From: Schmidtea polychroa
Taxonomy: Eukaryota
Length of the DNA stretch: 64,000 nt
Direction of reading: 5' to 3'
Assembly (NCBI GenBank): GCA_044892525.1
Contig: CM097885.1
Span: 38,380,001-38,444,000, forward strand
The notes beneath the pieces are model-generated. The model was given only the letters and a program-made list of their open reading frames with translations. It made no database searches and was not told the DNA's origin. The position numbers and the translations under genes are program-made. Shown here one piece after another: positions 42,462-57,797 of the stretch. Positions within the stretch are counted from its first letter, which is position 1, and every line of letters begins with the position of its first letter.

Positions 42462-42599
42462 ATAAGAACTTTTATTTTCCAATTTCACCACTGATTATTT
42501 TTTCCATTGAATTTATTAAATAGAGTTTGAAGACTATAAATCAGTAATATATCGATGTTTGTTGATACTCACGAATTTTCGGCACTTTTTCAAGTGAAT
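42462..42599 (-). mobile_element. Family-A unit, stem II partly deleted
   Basis: ATTCAC-TTGAAAA-A-GTGCC-GAAA-ATT-C-GTGAGT on minus strand; shared GAAAA.AATCAGTGGTGAAATTGG tail. Confidence 0.72.
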
Positions 42600-43213
42600 T
42601 TTACAATATAACTTTAAATAAAACAAAAATATTGGATAAATTCAAAATTAGGAAAAACATTGAAAATTCATGGGCAAAGGAATAAGAAGTCAAAATTTGA
42701 CAAGCAAGAAAGAAATTTTGTAATGGTTTCACGGTTTTGTCTGGGGATAATTAAAACAAAAAATTGATTTAAAGTAAATTTTACATTGATAGAAATATTT
42801 TCATTTGAATGATTGCTCTAATAAGCATAAAAAAATCTAATTCATATAATTTCCATTCATGATCAAGATAAATTAATATCAATGAAAATAAAACAGAACT
42901 TATTGGTGTTTATTCAATGTCAATTATTTACTATAAATGCAGGAACAAAGTTTCAAAAGATTCTACCAGACGCACCTAAATTTGGTTTGAAGTTATTTTA
43001 TTTTCATTATTCTATTTTTTAACTTTGAAATTATTGACTCCAACTCCCTGAAATCACTTCCGATTTTAAATTCATTTGCCTAATCTGTCGATTCATTTAA
43101 TTCTTTTTTCAACAGACTCGAAGGAAAATTGTTCAATAAATCATAAATATTAATTATTTCAAATATTAAATTATCAAATTGGTCTACATCATTTTAAAAA
43201 TTATGACTAATAA

Positions 43214-43326
<113 letters not shown>

Positions 43327-43955
43327 TAATAATAATAATTTTGTTAATACTAATATTTTAAAATTTATATTACTATTTCATATCTTCAGATAAATAAAAC
43401 ATTTTCTTTTCTTTTCGTGATTTTCGCTTGAATTGAAATAAAAATGATGGTTATCATTTCGTTTTCAGTATTCTGTATTAAATGTAAATAATTTTATTTT
43501 TTTAGCAAATTTTTGTAAATATGGATAACCAGATAAACAATTTAAAACATTTTATTTTTTTTACCTAAGAATATTTCCAAGTCAAACTAAGAAAATCTTT
43601 CTGGCATAAAATGCGTTAATGCTCCATTAAATACATTTTGAAATTGAAAAAGAAATAATAAAATTTTCTAAAATCGATATCAAAGAAAGTTATAATTATT
43701 AAATTCTCGTTAGAAATCTTTTGGTTTTTATAATGATTATTTTACATTTGTAAATTTAGTTTTATAATTCTTGATATGTAATTTATTCTATTTCCTATAA
43801 AATAAATAAATAAATACACACATTATGCATTTTTAATTGACAGCAAAATTTAATATTTTTTAAAAGAAATCTTTTAAAGTTATTTTATCTGCTGAATTTC
43901 TTCCGAATTTTTGTAAAAAAACAAATTAAATTTAAACAAATAATAATAATATCAA

Positions 43956-44047
<92 letters not shown>

Positions 44048-44944
44048 TTATAATCATTATATTTATAATCATTATTGTAAATTTAGGCAATTATTTAAAA
44101 GAAATAATGAGAAAATAATAATTAAAAAGATAATAAAAGAAGTCTCCTTGCAAATGAGTCGCATCTCGAGAGCTATTGACAAAATAAGTAACTTACTTTA
44201 TTTATTCAAAAACAAATAAATTAATTTACATTACAAAAATCACATTATAAAACCAAAAATAAATTAAAATAATTTTTATTCAATTAACAGATAATATAAT
44301 TACCTTGACACTTATTTGGTCCAATCTGAAATAATAATTACGATATTTCAATAGTTAATCTTAATAAAAGATTTGATGAATAATCAATTAAACTTATTAA
44401 AAATAAAAACAATACAGTGAATCCTCAATTATTCAAATATATTTTCAAATTTCAAAGATGTAATTTTTAATAAAATATTAAATATCATTAATACATAATA
44501 TTATATCAGTATTTAAGTATTCAAAACTGAATAAACATTCATCAAATGTTAAACATATTTACCAATAGGAAAAGAAAGTTAATTGAAGATTTTGAAAGAA
44601 GAAATTGTGAATTTGAGGAAATAACGAAGTCTTTTCGTGTTTACTATGTAACGTATGGGAGAATTCAAAGAAATTGAACAGTATAAAAGAATTTACAGTC
44701 AAAAACTGCAATTAAAATGACTATATCAATTATAAGCAAGTTCCACTGGGTAAAAGTTTTAAAATATAGCAAAGAATTGTTTTGAAACTTAAGAAAAGGT
44801 TTGATCCAAATCGGATTTTATGTTCTAAACGTGTAGAAAATCAATCAAATAATTAATAATAATAATAATAATTATTATTATAGCAATTATAATAAGAATA
44901 ATTAAAATAATAATATTAATAATATTAATAATAATATTATAAAA

Positions 44945-45267
<323 letters not shown>

Positions 45268-46494
45268 CACAATTTATTCAACTCACATTATTCTAGAAAT
45301 CAAATCCGATATGAAAAATTAATATTAAACAAAATCACTATTGTAGCACTATTCGAAAATATTCGCTAACAAAGTAGTTCGTGTTGGAAATTTTGTATTT
45401 GTATATATAATTTATGTCTGTTGCAATCTCTACGGTGTATTGGTGTTGTTATTGTTGTTACTGCTGTTACTTTTGCTGTGTAAAATTGAACGGCGAGTCA
45501 ACAATTGATTATTACGAATTCAGATTTCCTTAAAAATCATTTTTATATTTTCATAAAATGTTTAAGTGATGGCGAATGAAATAAAATAGAAAATCCCATT
45601 GGTGGATAAATATTTTGCAATACATATTGTTACAAATATCGAGCATGGTATCACTGTATTGCACTCGGTATTTTCTAGATTCAATATTAATAAAAGATTA
45701 TACTACGATATCTTTCCTTAAAAAGTGTTTTATTTTTTTGAAAATTACATTGATTTTTAAAACATTTTTTTTTATTATTGAAAGATAAAAATAATTATGA
45801 ATGGAAAAAAAGTTTTATTGATAAAAATTGAAATTCTATGAACTCATTTTGTAAAACAAATGAATTCTATTTCGAAAAATATTATTTTCAAAATTATAAA
45901 TTATTAGTTAATTTATATGGAGAAACTGTTGCAAAAATTAATTTAGAAAAAAAGAATAAATTTGGGGAAAATAAATAAAAATGAATATAAAATTATAAAA
46001 CAATGTAAACAAAAAAATCCTAAACTCAAATCTCGTGTTAAATATTCAGTTCGACAGATAATTCCGGTTCTAAAATATCAGTATTTTATTAAAATAAATA
46101 TAAATAAATTCATTTTATCAGTTCATTCCATTGACTTTAAATTGTATAAATGCAATATAAATTATATGTAAATAAATTTGCACTTAATATATAAAATTAT
46201 TTTTAAGAAATTTATGATTTTTGTTATTTTCTTTCAAAAATTACAATTTTTATTTGTGAGCCATGGTGAAAATTGGGGGAAATATATATTTAATAAAAAT
46301 AAATATATAAATTTTACAAATTCACTTGCACAAATTTCTCAGTTATTCAATGTAAGCCTATTTAACGTTAAATTAATTTATTCAAATTTAATTGTTAATA
46401 ATTCATCTATACATAAAATTTACGTTAATGAACAAAACCACAAATTCCAAAAATTATTTTATAAAATCCAACTCAAATATACAATAGAAGAACT

Positions 46495-46593
46495 ATTGTA
46501 TTTATTAAAAAGAGCTGGAAGACTAAAAATCAGTAAATATATAGATGTTCTTGAAATTCACGAATTTTCGGTACGGCCTTTTTCAAGTGAATT
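46495..46593 (-). mobile_element. Family-A unit with HHR-like fold at 46555-46593
   Basis: AATTCAC-TTGAAAA-A-GGCCGTACC-GAAA-ATT-C-GTGAATT on minus strand. Confidence 0.72.
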
Positions 46594-46648
46594 TGATTAC
46601 ATTGATTACATTGAAAATTACATTGATTTTTGAAACATTTTCTTATAA

Positions 46649-46838
<190 letters not shown>

Positions 46839-47339
46839 TTTAGTATTTTAATTATTCTAGTGGTGAAATTGAAAAAAAAATCTTATAATAATAGAAGAAC
46901 TATTTATATTGCTTTCCAACTGAATAATCTACAAAGGAAGTAATGTTGATAAAGGAGTCATTATTGATACAGTATCCATCGATGCCATAGAAATTTAGTT
47001 AGATAAATGATTTATTATAAAATTTATTATTTCACTAATACAATATTAATACATAAATCCAATATTCACTTTTTATATTGTTGTGGTTATAATAACAAAA
47101 ATCAGTTTTCCTCAACATTTTTCATTATCTTATTTATTATTTTAAAAATACCGAATTTTCGCGAAAATATCGCTAATTAATTCTGTGTAGTGTTATCTTC
47201 TGCACGGAATAATAAATACTTTTAACAATTTTAATAGACATACATTAATTTGCATTACTCTGGAAACATCATTATATATTTGAATGATATATCATGATAT
47301 ACCAGGTAAACCAGTGGTTCCCAAACTATTACAATTTAA

Positions 47340-47553
47340 CCCTTTAACCACTAAAACCGTCTACAGACGGTCATCATCAAAACCCCATTCAATTCAAATC
47401 AAAACATTTTCGCGTTCCAAACAGTAAGACCGTCTGTAAAACTACACACCACAATTTGCAGGTTTGAACACGATCAAACACATGGTTTGCTTGTAACGGT
47501 CAGTTTGGTTGAGTTTGGTTTGTCCTCGTAATTTTATTTCAGTAATTTAAGGG
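47340..47553. mobile_element. piggyBac-type MITE, older
   Basis: TTAA-CCCTT...AAGGG-TTAA with imperfect TIRs. Confidence 0.65.
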
Positions 47554-47601
47554 TTAAGGATTCCTTATGAACATAGAATTATTAAATAGTTAATTAAAAA
47601 A

Positions 47602-47698
47602 TAGTTAACTCTCTCTATAAGGTACATCCTTTTTACGCTTAGGTTTTTGCAAAAAGTACAGATGTATATAGCGTGTACTTTATAGAGGGATTTTACTG
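47602..47698. mobile_element. Tc1/mariner (pogo/Tigger-like) MITE; an inverted partial copy lies at 49106-49167
   Basis: Right end reads TA-CAGTAAAATCCCTCTATAAAGTACAC on minus strand; left end similar. Confidence 0.6.
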
Positions 47699-47713
47699 TA
47701 TAGGGTACATCTG

Positions 47714-49100
47714 TGTTAGAGTTCTTGAAATTTAATTATGATGTTTATTATCGTCTAAATATTAATTAATATTAATATTGAAAGGAAAATTTTGTTAAAA
47801 CCTGTAATGTATAGTTATTTTTACTAGTATTTCAGTTAATGTATAGTTATTTTTACTTGTATTTTAGTGTTCACAATTAGGAATTGTGAATACAAAAATA
47901 TAAATTGTCACCATCTGGGAAATCCAGATTTTCAAAAAACAACTATATAGCGATAATTTACTATAGTGAATTATCGCTATAGTAAATTGAAAATTTAAAA
48001 AAATCAATAAAAAAACTACGGATTAATAACATATCAAAATAATTCTAAAAGGAAGATTAAAGAAAAGAAATCATTGTTCGAAATTTTATTAAAAGAAAGG
48101 ACATAAAGAAATTGAAGACAGTAGAATATCAAAAGATAACTCTAGAGACAGAAAATAAATAAACCGATCATAAATAAACTGAAGGCTGCTCAATATTAAA
48201 AAAGAAAACTCAAAGGCCGTAAAAGCTAACAAGATTACTGTCTACCTCCGAACTCAAGGTTTTAAAATTTGTATTTGAATAAAAGTTCTATTTCACTAAA
48301 TATTATTGTTCATTATTATTTTTATTTTATCTGTAATTACTTTATTAGTACACAGCACACACCCCGATTGTCCAAACACATTTTTTTTATCGGAGACTCT
48401 TTCGGGTTCTTCAAATTTCCCATCAAATAACAGCCTCCAAACATAACAAATTCATACCACACACAAATCAAATAATCAAAAACTATAATATAACAAACCT
48501 AATAGAGTCTCCTGTAAAAATTTGTGCCTGGACTGTTAGAGTGCTTGTATGTAAGTTGCGAAAAATTGAGACGATTGAATAAACAACAATAACAATAAAA
48601 CAAAGTTACAACTTTTATACAAGAAAATAAAACAAATGTCCTTATGACTCGGCTCATAAAAGGAATTGTCTCTTTATCTTCGCTAATTTTCTTCCTTCAC
48701 ATTTTTTGATTTTATAAATTACTAATGCGATTCCTGTAGTTCTAAGATCTCTCGATTCGGTTTGTATCAATATGTTTAGAGATACTTAAATTCGATCTTT
48801 TGATTCAATTTATCTATATACAGTTGACGATTCTTAAATTCAATTTCTTTAGTTTTCACAGATTTTAGTCCTTTTATTTCCAAGATTATTTTTTCTCGAA
48901 ATTTCTTTTCTAATTTATTTTTTGCATCGATTTTTTATTTTTTTCAATTTTACTATAACGATAATATCCTTTCCCCGACGCTGCGAGGACGAAAATGACC
49001 AAAAAGAAAACCAAACCTAATTGAGAAATTGTCGAAAACGACAATGGTGATTAAAATACATCAATATATTACAGTGACTAAAATACAACAATCTATTACA
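47714..49100 (-). mobile_element. Older solo LTR of a third related family, interrupted by the 47803-48495 solo LTR
   Basis: Minus strand begins TGTAATAG (49100) and ends TAACA (47714); carries TTATCGTTATAGTAAAATTG and GTCC...GGAGACTCT blocks; flanks ATCTG / ATTTG resemble a TSD. Confidence 0.75.
47803..48495 (+). mobile_element. Solo LTR of a related Gypsy family
   Basis: TGTAATGT...TAACA termini, 4-bp TSD AACC (47799-47802, 48496-48499), shares the palindrome and CACCCCGATTGTCC...GGAGACTCTTTCGGG blocks with the full-length LTRs. Confidence 0.9.
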
Positions 49101-49219
49101 ATTTGTATATAGGGTACTTTTCGCAAAAACCTAGCCATAAAAAGGATGTACCTTATAGAGAAAGTTCAATATGTGGAGCTATTTCAATATTTTACTGTTC
49201 TTTTGAAGATAAATGAAAA

Positions 49220-50130
49220 TTGTCCACAAGCTTAAGTATACTCTCCTCTCAGTTTTGATTACATCAATTCCAGTTGTCATAATCGTTGTTTTCCTACATT
49301 CCATTACAAAATGACCTTTTTTCAAACAATTTCTATACAGTTTTTACTTTTCAATATATTCTTTTCTATCCACCACTTTTAATCTTTTAAATTATTCACA
49401 CTGATCCATGTAGTGTGGCCCTTTGTATTTTACACACTGGAACTGGAACTCTTTAGTTAGATTTTCTTTCATAATTCGTTGCTCCTTTGATGTCGATTGC
49501 CCCAAGATGAGTTCGATCCTTCGTTCATATGGTTTCTTTCTTTCATTTCCAGTTATTGAAGTATATTTTATTCTCCCAAAGCCATAGAGAGTTTCGTTTG
49601 TGGATCGGTTTAAGTCATCTTCGATCTATAGCCACTCTTTCAGTCTTTTAATCAATTCTTGTCACACTCGTGAATGCTTTCTTTTTTATTGAAGACTACT
49701 CTCTCCAAATCATCATCTCTACCAATACCATGAAAACGAACTTCTATGGATTCCAATAAGTCAACAAAAACGTCAAGATCTTTTATTTTTCCTTCTCACA
49801 CTGGTCTAAACTTTTCAATTATTTCTAGAATTGTTACATAACCTTTTTCTTCTCCATTATGACGCCGATCAAATTTTTCTTTGTCATTTTATAACCCTCA
49901 TTGCTATAACCCAACTTCTCTATCTTACAAAATGGCTCGCCTGCCAGATATTGTCTTAGATGTAGCTTTCAAAATATTATCTGCATGGTCAATACAAGAC
50001 TGCCATCCATGTTTCAAAATGAAGTACCTTTCCATCGAAAATTGGAATCTTTACCTTTTGCAACTTATTTAAATTTTTCTTCCCCTTTTATGATTAACAT
50101 TCCGATGCTTTTGATCCCTCGCTCATAATA
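49220..50130 (-). mobile_element. BEL/Pao gag remnant
   Basis: LQKVKIPIFDGK...ETWMA, HLRQYLAGEP, EKLGYSNEGY, then Cys/His knuckles QCVKYKGPHYMDQC and NCLKKGHFVMEC. Confidence 0.75.
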
Positions 50131-50770
50131 CCAACAAAATTTTATTTACAATTTAACTTTAAAAAAATCAACCATAAAAACATGGTTTTTGAAACTCTCT
50201 TAATTTCAACATATTTTAGATATAATTACGTTATCTCTTTAATCCAAAGTTAATATATAGATAAGAATTTATATTGAAATAAGAAAACAACACTAGATTT
50301 GACATATCAATATATTTTTAAAATTAACCCAATTTCCATGATCGGATCGATCTGAAACTTTAGTAAGATGCAGTGTTCTAGACAACGAATCTATTTGCCC
50401 AATTTTAGCTCAATCCTATCACGGAAAGTAGGATTATTTGGACTCACAAATTTTGCGTGGCACATACAAACATATATGAGCGAAGTTAATATAGAGAGAG
50501 TAAAAACCAGTACAAATTGTACTAAAATTTCAATTAAATAAAACATATTACTTATCTTTTATTAACTAAACGAACTTAAATTTAAAATTCATTTTAATTA
50601 CCACCTAACATATTTACAAATTATATGTTCGTTATTAGAATAAATGTTACTAGTCCCATTGTAATTAGAATTTTAATTTTATTGCTTAAATTACATAATT
50701 AATATTTTTTTTAAATATTTTACTTAAAAATCAAAAATTAAATTTTCAAAACACTTTTCTCTCCAAAATA

Positions 50771-50822
50771 CAGTGGTGGGATTCAGCCGGTTCGCGCGAG
50801 CCGTTTCTATTCTACCGGCTAT
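50771..50822 (+). mobile_element. hAT-like terminus
   Basis: CAGTGGTGGGATTCAGCCGGTTCGC; partner end not found. Confidence 0.45.
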
Positions 50823-52497
50823 TAACAAAGAAATGAAAAGAAAAGTAAACAACCACATACGAAATTCAAAGATTTTACCAAAGCATGCTTGCAATTTATG
50901 ATTTGAATTTAATTTTAAAATTTTCGTTACTGAGGTCACAAATTGTATGAAAATAGTGTTGTAAAAACAAGTGAATTGTATAAAAAGTATAAGTATATAT
51001 GTATAAGTATATAAGTATTAATTGTAAGTGTATAATATATTAACAATTTGTTAAATAGAATTTACTATATAATAAAATAATCAACGTTAAATTTATATTA
51101 AAGTAAATTATATTAATTGTTCTTATGTAAATTCTCGGTATTTGTTTCAGTCATCAAGTTTTGTCCGATTTTTTTCTAAAGAAGCCGAAGTCTGGCGAAA
51201 ATATAACCCAATAACAAACCACGATTTAACTAATATTGTACAAACAGCAGAAGCAGAATTGCCATCTTCAGCTAATATTGTACAAATCAGTGATCAAACA
51301 GTAGAACAGTACCTTCATGAAATTAAATAATCATTTAAAAATTAAAAAATTAAGGCTAGGAATTTAATTTTACTATACTTCTTAGATTTGATAGCATGTT
51401 TTTATTAAGTTGAGCATCGTAATTATACTACAAATATAATATATCTAAGTTTTTCTACTTAAAGTAACGTTCCAACTTATAAAATATATATTAAGATTGG
51501 TTGACTAACACTTCATTAAGCCATTGAGGAAAATTTATGGCCATTCTTAAGAATTTATTGATCAAAACTATAAAAAAATAAAATCTTTTAATTTTTCTTT
51601 CAAGTAAAAATAAATGTAAAACTAAACCAATAAATAATAAAATTAAACCTAGATCATCTCGATTGAATATATGGAAAAAATCTTTTGCGGAGCGGACTGA
51701 AAGAGCCTAATAATAGATTGGAAGAAAACCAAACCAAGTAACCGGAAACTGAAGTATAAAAATCCCAAGATTGCACGTCATAAAAATTCATGGAACTTCA
51801 TCAATTTGATTAATTGTTTTTGTTATTAATTTTGAAAACGGAAGCCAAGTCATTTTCTCTGTATAAAACGCTAAATAATGTCGGTGTTTTTTTTATTTTT
51901 TGACAAATTAACGAGCTTGATAAATTTTCATCATTAAATTTATAGAAAATAATTCATAAATGAATTAGAGACGTCTGAGATTCTCACATGGTTGAAATCT
52001 ATTCCTAATTTTACTCCCTTTTAATGTGGGTTCATCTATTTCTTTAAACGTTTCTTTGACAGATTTCTTGTACATATTCATGTTTCTTTCTGGAATAGAG
52101 ATTCTTATCAATTAATAAAAATTCAGTGAATTTTCATAACTTCTTTGCAGTAGTAAAATTTAATAATATAATTATAAATAATTACTGGTTTGACACGAAA
52201 ATAATCTTTGTGACTTATCTTCGAATATTTTTTTTAATTTATTGACATCGTATTATGGAAAAAAATATATTGAGATAAATATTACAGATCCTTAAATTTG
52301 TAAAAAAATATATTTAGTACCTCTGAGATCCACATTAATAAAAATATCAACTTAATAATTAAACTTAAAATATTTTATTAAATTAATTAAATTAAAATGA
52401 TTGTTTAAATATTCTTTTTATTCAAAACCATCATAGACAATTCATACTTCTTTCGACATTTCAATCGTTAACTCTCATCAAAATCACTATAAAAAAT

Positions 52498-52855
52498 ATG
52501 CCAAACTTTCGAGAAGCTGAAATCTTTGTTTTCTTAGCTAAGATCTATCTGTTGATTATCTGTTGATTATCAACACATTCTATTCAACCAAAGAAAATTT
52601 CCTTAATTCACAATTCTAGAAATTCTCATGATTAAGTTCGTTACGAGAGCCGGACTGACCCATCCGTGTTCGATTGCCAAAAGGTGTTAATGATCAAAGT
52701 TATTCCAGATAAAGATTCCAGTACTTTCACATTGTGCGATACTGGATTCAACATGCCCAAATGTGAGTTCATCAACAATCTCAGTACAATCGCCAGATCA
52801 AGTACCAATGGTTTCGTGGAAACATTAACAGCTGGAGCAAATATTTCTATGATCG
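52498..52855 (+). pseudogene. HSP90: HSP90 N-terminal ATPase-domain fragment, frameshifted
   Basis: EAEIFVF.AKI..LIINTFYSTKE, VRYESRTDPSVFD, TFTLCDTGFNMPKCEFINNLSTIARSSTNGFVETLTAGANISMI versus the cytosolic HSP90 consensus [44 protein letters not shown]. Confidence 0.9.
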
Positions 52856-55800
52856 TTTTCAATAAAAACTTTATGCAAATAAGTTTCGTATCTCCACAGT
52901 ATATAATTTTTTTATAATAAGCCAGGACTTATTTTATAGTAAGATCTGTAAATAAAAATATTAATACATTTTTATAAAAATTTATTTCGTCATTTTTTGT
53001 ACATAAATTTTATGGTCAAATATTTTGTTTAATCGATGACCAAGTGATATTTCGGAAATAATTTAAAATTAAAGTAAATTAGTGTAATATTTAAAAATTA
53101 AAGGAAATTAGGACAATATTTATAAAATAAGTAATAAAAGTATATAAGTATAGATTTAAAATTTGGTAAAATATTTTAAATGACACTGAGACATTAAGGT
53201 GATAATTTAAAATTTAGTAAATTAAAGTAAATTAGGGCAATATTTCAATAATAAGTAATAGATTTTAATCATGATTATTTTTTTAACAATCTAATTTAAT
53301 TTTTTTACCATCAAATCTTTTCTCCAAATTTATTTATTTACCCATCTAATTTAATTTTATTTATCCAAATATAATTTTTAATTGTCTAATTTAATTTTTT
53401 TAAACCAATGAAAACAACAAAATAAAACATTTTCACCAAAAAATTAAAAACAAAATAAAATAATTTAATTTACTTTATTTTTCATCTTATTTACGTTTTG
53501 ATTTACCTCTACTTCTTTTTGCAACATGAAAAATTGTTGCAGTTGAAATAGTAGTTGCAACTGCATACCTCGAAGCTGCTAATGACGCAGAAGAGACTTT
53601 TCCTACTCGAGTTGAAAAGCTCAAAAGTTGGACACTTGAGCTGGAAGATAAATGGTTGCCCCTCGAGAACATACAGAAGCGGACGAAGAAGATAACTTGT
53701 CAATTATTGTCCATTCGTTAATAAGTGCAATTTGATATGCCTTAGTCAGTCTTCTGCCTCATGTAATCGTCTTTCATCATATCCTAAGATATTTAATGTC
53801 AATATATTGCAAAGCTTACCTTTGGTACTACTAAAGTGTATTGTGATAGATAATACAATTTATAGTGTCATGTAAGAAAATCCATGCTATCACATATGGC
53901 ACCCAGTGATTTTGTAATTAGCTTCTAGAGCATATCCACTTCATTCCCAGATTACATTAAATAAAAAATCATTACGACTCTTATCGAATATATAAATACA
54001 TATGACATCTTACAAACTAAACATATTAGACGTGTATTTGATCGTTATGTCACCAAATCAGTGTAAAGTATGTAATGTCATCCGGCGGTGCCAAGTTGCC
54101 ATTTAATAATATTAAATGATTGACGGATGACTAAATTATTAAAATAAAACGTATTTCTATTTTAATTATTATATTTGCAAAAACTATTTAATTTAATAAC
54201 AAAAATATTGTTCTATGAAATACATATATTTTTATTAAAAACATTTATTGAGAAGACCTAAACTCTTATATTTTTAAAGTCTGTACTAGTTTTAGAACTT
54301 CGTTTTAAACAGTTCTTTTTAATAATAACTGCAATTTATATTCAAAGAGCAAAGATGCAAAAATTGAATTTTTGACAAAGATATTTATTTGTCTGTGAGG
54401 ATCTATGAGAAAGATTTATTATAGCAGCTTTGGAATACAGTATTCATCCATGTCTCTCTGTTTGTATTGTCAAATTGGACAAAGATTTATCTTTCTTTTG
54501 GTTTAAATATCAGGTTCGCCTATTTTTGATGCCTTGGAATGTCCATGAACTTTCGATTAATACTGAAAATGAAACATTTTATTATTAATATTAATTATTA
54601 GTGAAATTAATTTGAATTGATTTTAATTAATGAAATTGATTCTTAACCTCTCCCATGTGAATGTATATATATATATACAATCTCCTACGAAATATTCTGG
54701 AAATCAACATTTACCAGACATTTGCCTATGGACAAGTATTAATGATATTGTTCATTAAAATATAAAACAGATTGCAATGAATTGACAAGACCTGCAAGAA
54801 TGTATCCGAGAATCTGTAGCCTGGAAGATATTTTCATCTGATAATGCATCTCTGAATCTTGTTAACAGCATTACTACATTGTTCTGTGAAGGCAAAATTT
54901 GCTGACTTTCAACTGTTTTTGTCGTTTGATTATTTCACCTCGTTATTTAAGTTTTACTGAACGTTTCTCTGACTTATATTGTAAATATTTTAATCATTAA
55001 AATAGAAATATACGAAAATATCTTAAGTTTCTGCAAACGACTTTGATGTTAATAATTGTTTTTGGCAGGGTTCAAAAATGTTTAAATTGACTCATTTTAT
55101 GAATCTTTATTTGCCAATGACTTAAAACTCTTAAAGTTATCAGTTTCTCCCATGTTTTTCTTACGGAAGGTCATAAAAATTTGTTCAAGATCAACAAAGG
55201 AGCTTCTTATCCTCTAGCCATTGTAATTTATTTATAAAGTTATCATATCACATTCACTTTTGACTAAAAGTTACAATTAAATACTTATTTTATAAGATAT
55301 GATTAAAACAAAATTGGAATAAAAATAAACGAGATTAGTAACTTCCCAGCGTAATATTAAAATGACCAACATAAATTATAATATTGTTTTATGTAAAATA
55401 AAATACAAAGACGATTAGTAACATTTCTCACTTATGAAATTTCGAAAATATAAAAGATAAAGAAACTTCACAAAATGGAATCTGTGTAAAAATTAATTTT
55501 ACCTAATTAAAATAAAAATGATCTTAAATTAATTAAAGATTTGAAAAATAGAAAAATCAATATTTCTCGGGAGGGGAAATGTATTAAGTAATAAATAATA
55601 AATCGACGAGAGTCCCTAAGCAACATAAATAAAAAAATATAAACTAATTAATTAATTAAAATTTTGTTGACGTCATTAATCATTATTTTCCCATTTTAAG
55701 TAATTTGTAATGTATCTTTTCGTATATCTGCATATTTATACTGTTTTCATATTTGACGAGAATTATAGGATTGCCATTCTTTTAAATCCGAAATTTAATA

Positions 55801-55951
55801 AAATCTTGATTTCAATTGTAAAAGTATATCAATAGATTGATAGAACAAATAAAAATTGTTTTATGACTAGACCAAAATATCAGTGAAATTTTTATTTTAC
55901 ATTACTTTTACAAATAATGTAATTGAAAAGTTCATTCGTGCATTAATTTAA

Positions 55952-56180
55952 CCCTTTTAGACCGGGGAATTTCGTCAAATTTTTTAATTTTAAAATATTT
56001 ATTTGAAATTTTTATTTATTTTATAAATATTTGATCAATTAGAAATTTCTAATTGAGTGGTATTCAATAGAACATTCAGGAACACAATCCTGATTTTTAC
56101 TTTATTTAAATTTAAACATTTATATACGTATTTAATGAAAAAGTCATAAACGTATATATACGTCGCCCGGTCTCAAAGAG
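55952..56180. mobile_element. piggyBac-type MITE
   Basis: TIR CCCTTTTAGACCGGG / CTCTTTGAGACCGGG (13/15), TTAA on both sides. Confidence 0.85.
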
Positions 56181-56348
56181 TTAAAGTGGTGAAGTATATT
56201 TCTATTTGGCTATAAATTTTTGTGGGAAATTGTAATAGTGTTGGGTTGAAGTGACTGACTATAACTCCTCATGCCCTCTGAATACATTATTTAACGTCAA
56301 AATTTGATACAATATTGTTAATTATTCTACATGGTTTGGGTTTTCCAC

Positions 56349-56472
<124 letters not shown>

Positions 56473-56507
56473 GTTAATCAATAAGGTAAGAAAGTTTAAA
56501 ATATTAA

Positions 56508-56734
56508 CCCTTTCGCTGCTCCGCACGTATATTATCGCGAAAAAAACCGTGCCACATACACAAAAAAATGCTCTACCCGAACAAACTCGCTGTATCAATA
56601 TTCAATAAACAGCTCAGTACGAACTAACTCGCAGCGGCTAACGTTGAACTGCTCAACACGAACAAACCAGCAACCACTAAAATCTGTGCGCACAGCGGGC
56701 ACGTAATTTCAAGAAGCAATGCGCAGCGAAAGGG
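56508..56734. mobile_element. piggyBac-type MITE
   Basis: Perfect 12-bp TIR CCCTTTCGCTGC, TTAA on both sides. Confidence 0.9.
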
Positions 56735-57521
56735 TTAACCCTTTAATAATAATTCAATTCTAAAAACTTTTACAATTTTTAGTTCTGTAAAAATTAATTA
56801 TATTTGCTTGTTACATGAATTGTTTAATTTCTATTCAATATCATTGTTTTCCAATTATAATTTTAATGTTCCCTAAATTAGTAATTATGTACATGTAGAT
56901 TGTTAATTTTTTTAATTATTTAATTATTATATATATTAACAATATTTAATTAATAATAAATATATTTAAAGTTTAAAATTTCAAAGGCTTAATTAGTAAT
57001 TTTAGATTAAAAACCAAATATTTAAACAAATAATTTAAAATTATACAATGAATTTTGTAATCCAATTCGTTTTGTTGTTTGTCCGAAATAAAATAATTTT
57101 GCATTGTAAAATTTTCCAAGTATAAAATATTATTATTTTTTTATATTGAAACAAATTATTGATTGATTCTTTTTTTTCCAAACAACTTTGCCATTTCTTT
57201 CAAATTTTCTCTTTGCCCAAATATATTATAGAAGTCAAAATAGGAAATTTTCAGTTGTGAACTATCAAAGCAAATAGATTGAATAAGAAAAGATTAAATA
57301 ACCTTCAATCTTTGTCGGGTAATATTTAATGAATAAAACATTATTGTTTCCTTTGAAAGAAATATATTCTAATTTTTATCCAAAATTATTTTTGTTTTTG
57401 AAATTCCAAAGCAAAAAGGAAGAGAAAATCTATCTTTATCTTGCTTTTCTCCCTGACTTAATTCAATTTATTAAATGCATTATTTATTTTGTCATAACTT
57501 TGCAACTCTTATTATTATATC

Positions 57522-57797
<276 letters not shown>

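Noticed and set aside
53490..55220. Higher-GC coding-like segments
   Set aside because: Interrupted frames with no motif I recognise; probably old TE debris.
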